Under the pieces are notes generated by a model that did no database searches, was not told the DNA's origin, and saw only the letters and a list, made by a program, of their open reading frames with translations. This document shows, piece after piece, positions 59,131 to 64,000 of a DNA stretch of 64,000 nt. The DNA is taken from positions 1,254 to 65,253 of the forward strand of contig JBAZQN010000011.1 in assembly GCA_041645165.1 (NCBI GenBank). Reading direction: 5' to 3'. Within the stretch, counting starts at the first letter, position 1. Each line of letters starts with the position of its first letter. The position numbers were made by a program, and so were the translations under genes. Source of the stretch: Patescibacteria group bacterium (GTDB taxonomy: Bacteria > Patescibacteriota > Patescibacteriia > 2-02-FULL-49-11).

Positions 59131-59317
59131 TACCTCGTAACTTAATGTCAAAATCCAAATGTCAAATAAATGTCCAATATTCAATTCCCAATGACCAATT
59201 TTCGGATTTGAGGGTTTGGATTTTATTGGAAATTTGAAATTGGGATTTGGGATTTAACGACACAGAGGAGACCATAATGATTTTGTACCTGTTATATTTT
59301 ATGGTATAATAATTATC

Positions 59318-59860
59318 GTGGACACTTTTATATCGTCACTTACCCAAGCGATACGCCAGATTGATTTAACCACGCCGTCGTGGGACGTGTTTGTACTCCT
59401 TTTTTTCCTCATAGGAGTTTTTTTGTATGGGATTGCGTTGGGGAGGAATAAGGTCATAATCATTTTGCTTTCCTTGTATTTTTCCTTGGCGATTTTCGAA
59501 GTGTCTTCATTTGTGCGGACTCTAGGCACTACGTTTTTCCATGATAATCCTTTTGGCGCGCTCTTCACCTTTTTTATCCTCTTTCTCCTTACGTTCCTCG
59601 TGGTCGGCCAGTCGGGCGCGGGCAGGTCGCTTGCAAACGATGCGGTGGGGTCATTCTGGCAGACGATTATTTTTTCAATACTCCAAGTGGGGCTTACCAT
59701 TTCCATCGCGCTGCTTCTTTTGCCTGCTTCGCTGCAGCTCAGATTCTCTCCTACGATCCTTAATGTTTTTATAAACCCTGTAGGGCAATTTTTATGGCTC
59801 TCACTTCCCATTGTGTGTCTGATTCTCACAAGAACCAAGAGCAGTGCATTGAAGGTGTAA
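59318..59860 (+). CDS. Multi-TM membrane protein
   Basis: About 5 hydrophobic segments. Confidence 0.7.
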   Translation: MDTFISSLTQAIRQIDLTTPSWDVFVLLFFLIGVFLYGIALGRNKVIIILLSLYFSLAIFEVSSFVRTLGTTFFHDNPFGALFTFFILFLLTFLVVGQSGAGRSLANDAVGSFWQTIIFSILQVGLTISIALLLLPASLQLRFSPTILNVFINPVGQFLWLSLPIVCLILTRTKSSALKV

Positions 59861-59874
59861 ATTACTATTATAAT

Positions 59875-59902
59875 AAATCTCCCCTCGTATGAGGGGAGAT
59901 TA
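59875..59902. terminator. Bidirectional hairpin between convergent genes
   Basis: AATCTCCCCTC-GTAT-GAGGGGAGATT. Confidence 0.65.
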
Positions 59903-59919
59903 GTATTTGTAATGAATGG

Positions 59920-61350
59920 TTACTTTCTTTTTATAACTTGTCCTTCAGGAGTATCCTCGATGATATAGCCTTTTGCAGTAAGAGTCTTCCTTAAAACGTC
60001 GGCATCGGCGAATTTTTTTTGTTGCCTTAAAAGTTCGCGTTGTGCCACCAGCTCTCTTATATCCTCTGGCAAATCCTTAAGGTCTATTCTCGCGCTTACT
60101 GCGTGTGCCAAGTCTAGTCCGAGTATAGCATCAAATTTAAGCAGGCTCGCTTTTTTCGCGGCAGCTGGATAGTCAGATTTTATAAGATCCCATACTACCG
60201 AAAGCGCTTGAGGGAGGTTCAAATCGTCATTTATCGCGTCCATAAAACGCTGCTCATATTCTGCACATCCGATTTTAGGCTCATCCAGTAGTGCTGTTGT
60301 TTCTTTTAGATTTTTAAGCGCGGTTGCAGCGGCATCGAGCGCTTCCCATGAAAAATTTAATTTCTGCCGGTAATGGGCTGTAAAGGTAAAGTAGCGGTAT
60401 ATGAGCGGATCGTAACCCTTATCTATGAGAGTCTGTAGCCGGAGGAGATTGCCTTCTGATTTTCCCATTCTCCCCTCGTTAATTTGCAAAAATTCTCCGT
60501 GCACCCACCAGCGCGCGAGGGGCTTTCCTGTAGCCGCTTCTGCTTGCGCGATTTCATTGGTGTGATGGACGGGAATATGGTCAATGCCGCCCGCATGGAT
60601 GTCAAACGTTTCCCCCAGGTATTTCATGCTCATGGCAGAGCACTCGATGTGCCAGCCGGGGAACCCTATGCCCCAGGGAGAGGGCCATTCCATTAACCTT
60701 TTGTGATGTTTTTCATTATCTGCGTTGATCTGCGTTTTCGATCTGCGTTGATCTGCGTCGTGTGAAAATTTCCACAATGCAAAATCGGTCGGATTTCTTT
60801 TGCCCTTTACCATCTCAATTCTTGCGCCCGCCCTAAGGCCTTCGATATCAAGCCGTGCCAGCGCGCCATAGTGGGGGAATTTTGAAGTGTCAAAATAGAC
60901 ACCATCGCCAGCCACATAGGTAAAACCTTTCTGCTCCAATTTTTGGATGAGCTCGATTTGTTCTTTAATATGGTCAGTCGCCTTGCACCAGATATTGGGC
61001 TCAATAATATTGAGGCTCTTCAGGTCTTCCTTGAACGCGTCCGTATAGTACGCGGCAATTTCCCAGACTGTCTTGCCTTCGCGTCGCGCCCCTTTCATCA
61101 TCTTATCTTCACCCTCATCTGCGTCTGACGTGAGGTGTCCCACATCAGTAATATTCATGACGTGGTTCATTTGGTAGCCATTTGCCGTTATGACCCTTTT
61201 AAGAATATCTTCAGTGATGTAGGTCCTCAAATTGCCGATATGCGCATAGTCATAGACCGTGGGGCCACAAGTATAAAGACCCACGTGAGGGGGATTAATG
61301 GGTTTGAATTCTTCTTTTTTACGCGTAAGGGTGTTGTAGAGCTTGAGCAT
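59920..61350 (-). CDS. cysS: Cysteine--tRNA ligase
   Basis: [34 protein letters not shown]. Confidence 0.98.
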   Translation of the reverse strand: MLKLYNTLTRKKEEFKPINPPHVGLYTCGPTVYDYAHIGNLRTYITEDILKRVITANGYQMNHVMNITDVGHLTSDADEGEDKMMKGARREGKTVWEIAAYYTDAFKEDLKSLNIIEPNIWCKATDHIKEQIELIQKLEQKGFTYVAGDGVYFDTSKFPHYGALARLDIEGLRAGARIEMVKGKRNPTDFALWKFSHDADQRRSKTQINADNEKHHKRLMEWPSPWGIGFPGWHIECSAMSMKYLGETFDIHAGGIDHIPVHHTNEIAQAEAATGKPLARWWVHGEFLQINEGRMGKSEGNLLRLQTLIDKGYDPLIYRYFTFTAHYRQKLNFSWEALDAAATALKNLKETTALLDEPKIGCAEYEQRFMDAINDDLNLPQALSVVWDLIKSDYPAAAKKASLLKFDAILGLDLAHAVSARIDLKDLPEDIRELVAQRELLRQQKKFADADVLRKTLTAKGYIIEDTPEGQVIKRK

Positions 61351-61407
61351 GTATTTAAGAATAAAGAATTCAGAAGCTAGAATCTTGATACTATCATACC
61401 ACCATTT

Positions 61408-62568
61408 TTATAATTTATCTAAAGCCTGTTCTAGGTCCATAATAAGGTCCTTCATATCTTCAATCCCCACGGACATGCGGATAAGGGTGTCTGAAATGCC
61501 AAGCTGCGTGCGCAGTGCGGACGGGAGGGAAGCGTGCGTCATGCGCGCGGGGTGCTCGATAAGCGATTCCACCCCCCCGAGGCTTTCTGCCAGGGAGAAA
61601 ATGCGAAGCGATGACAAGAATTGCTTTGCATCGTCGAGGCCTCCTTTGAGTTCGAAAGAGATAATTCCGCCGAATCCTGTCATTTGCTTTTTGGCGAGTT
61701 CGTATTGCGGATGACTCGGAAGCCCCGGATAAATGACGCGGGCAATGTGAGAGTGGCGCGCTAACCGCAGCGCGATCTTCCGCGCATTTTTTTCATGCTT
61801 TTCCATACGGAGCGCGAGCGTTTTTATACCCCGCAGCACGAGCCAGCAATCGAAGGGAGAAGGCACGGCACCGGCGGCATTTTGGATAAATTTAAGCTGC
61901 TGATACACATCGCTGCGGTTCGTGATAACTGCGCCTCCTACTGCGTCACTATGCCCTCCGATGTACTTGGTGGTGCTATGGAGAGAAATATCCGCACCCA
62001 ATGAGAGCGGCTTTTGGAAATAGGGCGAGGCAAACGTATTATCCACTACCACGAGCGCGTCAGGATTTTGCTTCTTGGCGCACGCGGCGATCTTTTGGAT
62101 GTCGCAGAGTTTCAGGAGGGGATTGGTGGGTGTCTCCAACCATATCATTTTTGTTCGTTTCGAAATGAAATCCGTTATCGTTTCCGGCGATGAAAGATCC
62201 GCATAGGAAAATGTGATATCGAATTTAATGGCAATCATGTCAAACAGCCGCCGTGTGCCTCCATAGAGATCATCGCAGGCAATCGCCTCATCTCCGTGTT
62301 TTAAGAGTTTCATCACGCTATCAATCGCCGCAAGGCCTGAAGCGAAGGCAAGGCTGTGCGCGGCATATTCAAGGCTCGCAAGCACCAATTCAAGCGCATG
62401 GCGCGTGGGATTGCCTGTCCGGGAATATTCGTATCCCTGGGTAGGAGATTCCACCTCCTTGCGGGCGAACGTCGTTGCCATATGAATCGGCACCACGACA
62501 TCGCCGCTCCCTCCTTCTTTGAGGTTTGGTTCTTGGCCAATGTGTATTGCGCGGGTAGCAAATTGCAT
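61408..62568 (-). CDS. Cystathionine gamma-lyase/synthase family PLP enzyme
   Basis: YSRTGNPT, ETPTNP, DNTFASP, HSTTKYIGGHSD, AESLGGVESL. Confidence 0.93.
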   Translation of the reverse strand: MQFATRAIHIGQEPNLKEGGSGDVVVPIHMATTFARKEVESPTQGYEYSRTGNPTRHALELVLASLEYAAHSLAFASGLAAIDSVMKLLKHGDEAIACDDLYGGTRRLFDMIAIKFDITFSYADLSSPETITDFISKRTKMIWLETPTNPLLKLCDIQKIAACAKKQNPDALVVVDNTFASPYFQKPLSLGADISLHSTTKYIGGHSDAVGGAVITNRSDVYQQLKFIQNAAGAVPSPFDCWLVLRGIKTLALRMEKHEKNARKIALRLARHSHIARVIYPGLPSHPQYELAKKQMTGFGGIISFELKGGLDDAKQFLSSLRIFSLAESLGGVESLIEHPARMTHASLPSALRTQLGISDTLIRMSVGIEDMKDLIMDLEQALDKL

Positions 62569-62631
62569 AGTGGGAGAAAGAGACCTCCCCATCCCCTCCT
62601 TGCTAAGGAGGGGACTTGAGGGGCGGTTTCC

Positions 62632-63552
62632 TTAATTCGAATAGTAATTCTTTGTAAGATATGCGCGTCCTGAATCAGCGATGATAAATACGGCGAGATC
62701 ATCCTTGGCGAGCTTTCGCGCATATTGCCGTACGGCATACGCGACTGCGCCGCTCGAGGGACCCATGAGAAGCCCGAATTTTTTCGCCATCACTTTCAGC
62801 ATGCGAAGCGCCTGCTTATCAGTTATCGGTATCATTTTATCTATCACTTCAAGGTTAAGGATTGGCGTATCATGGTCTATTCCCATACCCTCGATTTGGT
62901 AGGGTTTCGGATTTCCTTTGGTAGAAAAATATGAGTGCGCCGCATCCACCCCGAACACTTTAACTTTCGGGTTTTTCTTTTTAAGATATTTTCCGGTACC
63001 GGAGATCGTGCCGGCAGTGCCTGCTGCCGCAAAAAAATGGGTAAGTCTGCCTCCTGTCTGCCGCCATACTTCCGGGCCGGTGGAGCGATAATGCGCTTCA
63101 ACATTAGTAAAGTTAAAATGCTGGTCAGGCATAAATGAGCCCGGGGTTTCGTGCGCAAGTCTTTTTGCCACAGCCCAACAGCCTTGAGGGTCGTCGTAGC
63201 GCTCTACGGCGGGGCACACCACTAATTCTGCGCCATAGGCAAGGATGGTGTTTTTCTTTTCCGCGCTTGCTTTTTCAGAGACCGTGATGATGACGCGGTA
63301 TTTTTTTATCGCGCCGATCATGGCGAGTGCGATTCCCTGGTTGCCCGAGGATGCTTCAATAATCGTTCCGTTTGGCCGCAACATTCCTTGCCTTTCGGCG
63401 TCCTCAATCATCGCAAGAGCGCTCCTGTCCTTGATGCTTCCGCCAGGATTGAGATATTCGAGCTTTGCGTATATTGCCGCACGGCTCTCAAAATTGATTT
63501 TTACAAGGGGAGTGTTGCCTATTATTGAGAGGATGTTGTCATGGTATTGCAT
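62632..63552 (-). CDS. Cysteine synthase / cystathionine beta-synthase family PLP enzyme
   Basis: IGNTPL, KLEYLNPGGSIKDR, SSGNQG, YQIEGMG. Confidence 0.93.
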   Translation of the reverse strand: MQYHDNILSIIGNTPLVKINFESRAAIYAKLEYLNPGGSIKDRSALAMIEDAERQGMLRPNGTIIEASSGNQGIALAMIGAIKKYRVIITVSEKASAEKKNTILAYGAELVVCPAVERYDDPQGCWAVAKRLAHETPGSFMPDQHFNFTNVEAHYRSTGPEVWRQTGGRLTHFFAAAGTAGTISGTGKYLKKKNPKVKVFGVDAAHSYFSTKGNPKPYQIEGMGIDHDTPILNLEVIDKMIPITDKQALRMLKVMAKKFGLLMGPSSGAVAYAVRQYARKLAKDDLAVFIIADSGRAYLTKNYYSN

Positions 63553-63574
63553 AATGGTATCAATTGGTATAAAT

Positions 63575-63599
63575 AAAAAACACTCATTTTTAGAGTGTT
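63575..63599 (-). terminator. Intrinsic terminator in the leader of the cysteine operon
   Basis: AACACTC-loop-GAGTGTT followed by a U tract, ~25 nt before the start codon. Confidence 0.75.
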
Positions 63600-63626
63600 C
63601 CCTTGAGAAACGGCGAGGTTCTTATC

Positions 63627-63707
63627 TTATGCGGGACAAGCGTTTACCTCACCCTTTTCCAAGGGAGCGCCGGAACAGCAACAGGATGAGGCTATGGGAT
63701 AATGCAT
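63627..63707 (-). CDS. Putative Cys-rich leader peptide MHYPIASSCCCSGAPLEKGEVNACPA
   Basis: TGT-TGC-TGT tandem Cys codons upstream of a terminator and cysteine genes. Confidence 0.75.
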   Translation of the reverse strand: MHYPIASSCCCSGAPLEKGEVNACPA

Positions 63708-64000
63708 AAGAGAGATCAAGCTGATGACAGGTTAACACAAGTCGGGACAAGAGGCAAGCGCCGTGGTTGCATGTGTTCAGTATTTTCCAAAAAGAGCCAA
63801 ATGAAACCGCCCCTCAAGTCCCCTCCTTGCTAAGAGCTTGCCCCGTGTTTATCACGGGGAGGGGATGGGGAGGTCTCCTTTGAGAAAAGATGAATAGTTA
63901 CCTATGGTTTTAGAGCCATTTTCTTCGCTTGAAAAATACTAACATGAAGATTCCTAATACCGCCATGCCGCTGATGACATACCAAAACGCGTCGGGATGT

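Noticed and set aside
63560-63720. SAM-I riboswitch or T-box upstream of the sulfur genes
   Set aside because: No SAM-I core or T-box AGGGTGGNACCGCG motif on the coding strand; the Cys leader peptide explains the region better.

Overview
A 64-kb chromosomal window from a bacterium that looks like Patescibacteria/CPR (inferred from gene content, the reduced HrcA and the CPR-type NiFe hydrogenase; standard code). In order, it holds the end of a cell-division cluster (rsmH, ftsL-like, ftsI, murF), tRNA-Glu(CTC), a group-3b-like NiFe hydrogenase locus, a low-GC cassette array next to a tyrosine recombinase, a long surface-glycan/SAM-cycle region (ahcY, rfbB, metK, glycosyltransferases), the CIRCE-hrcA-grpE-hsp20-dnaK-dnaJ operon, and a cysteine operon (CBS/CysK-like, cystathionine lyase-like, cysS). 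The best candidate for a new system is an integron-like array at 19.9-25.3 kb. Its integrase lacks the IntI-specific insertion, its recombination hairpins share an unusual 4-nt/1-nt asymmetric spacer, and its cassettes carry their own terminal inverted repeats. Other highlights are a Cys-Cys-Cys leader-peptide attenuator upstream of the cysteine operon, tandem foreign tRNA 3' halves behind tRNA-Glu, a REP-flanked DUF559 module that splits the hydrogenase genes, a 230-bp structured element ending on start codons, and many nested palindromic micro-elements, several inserted in frame within proteins. All calls come from reading the sequence; no database searches were run.
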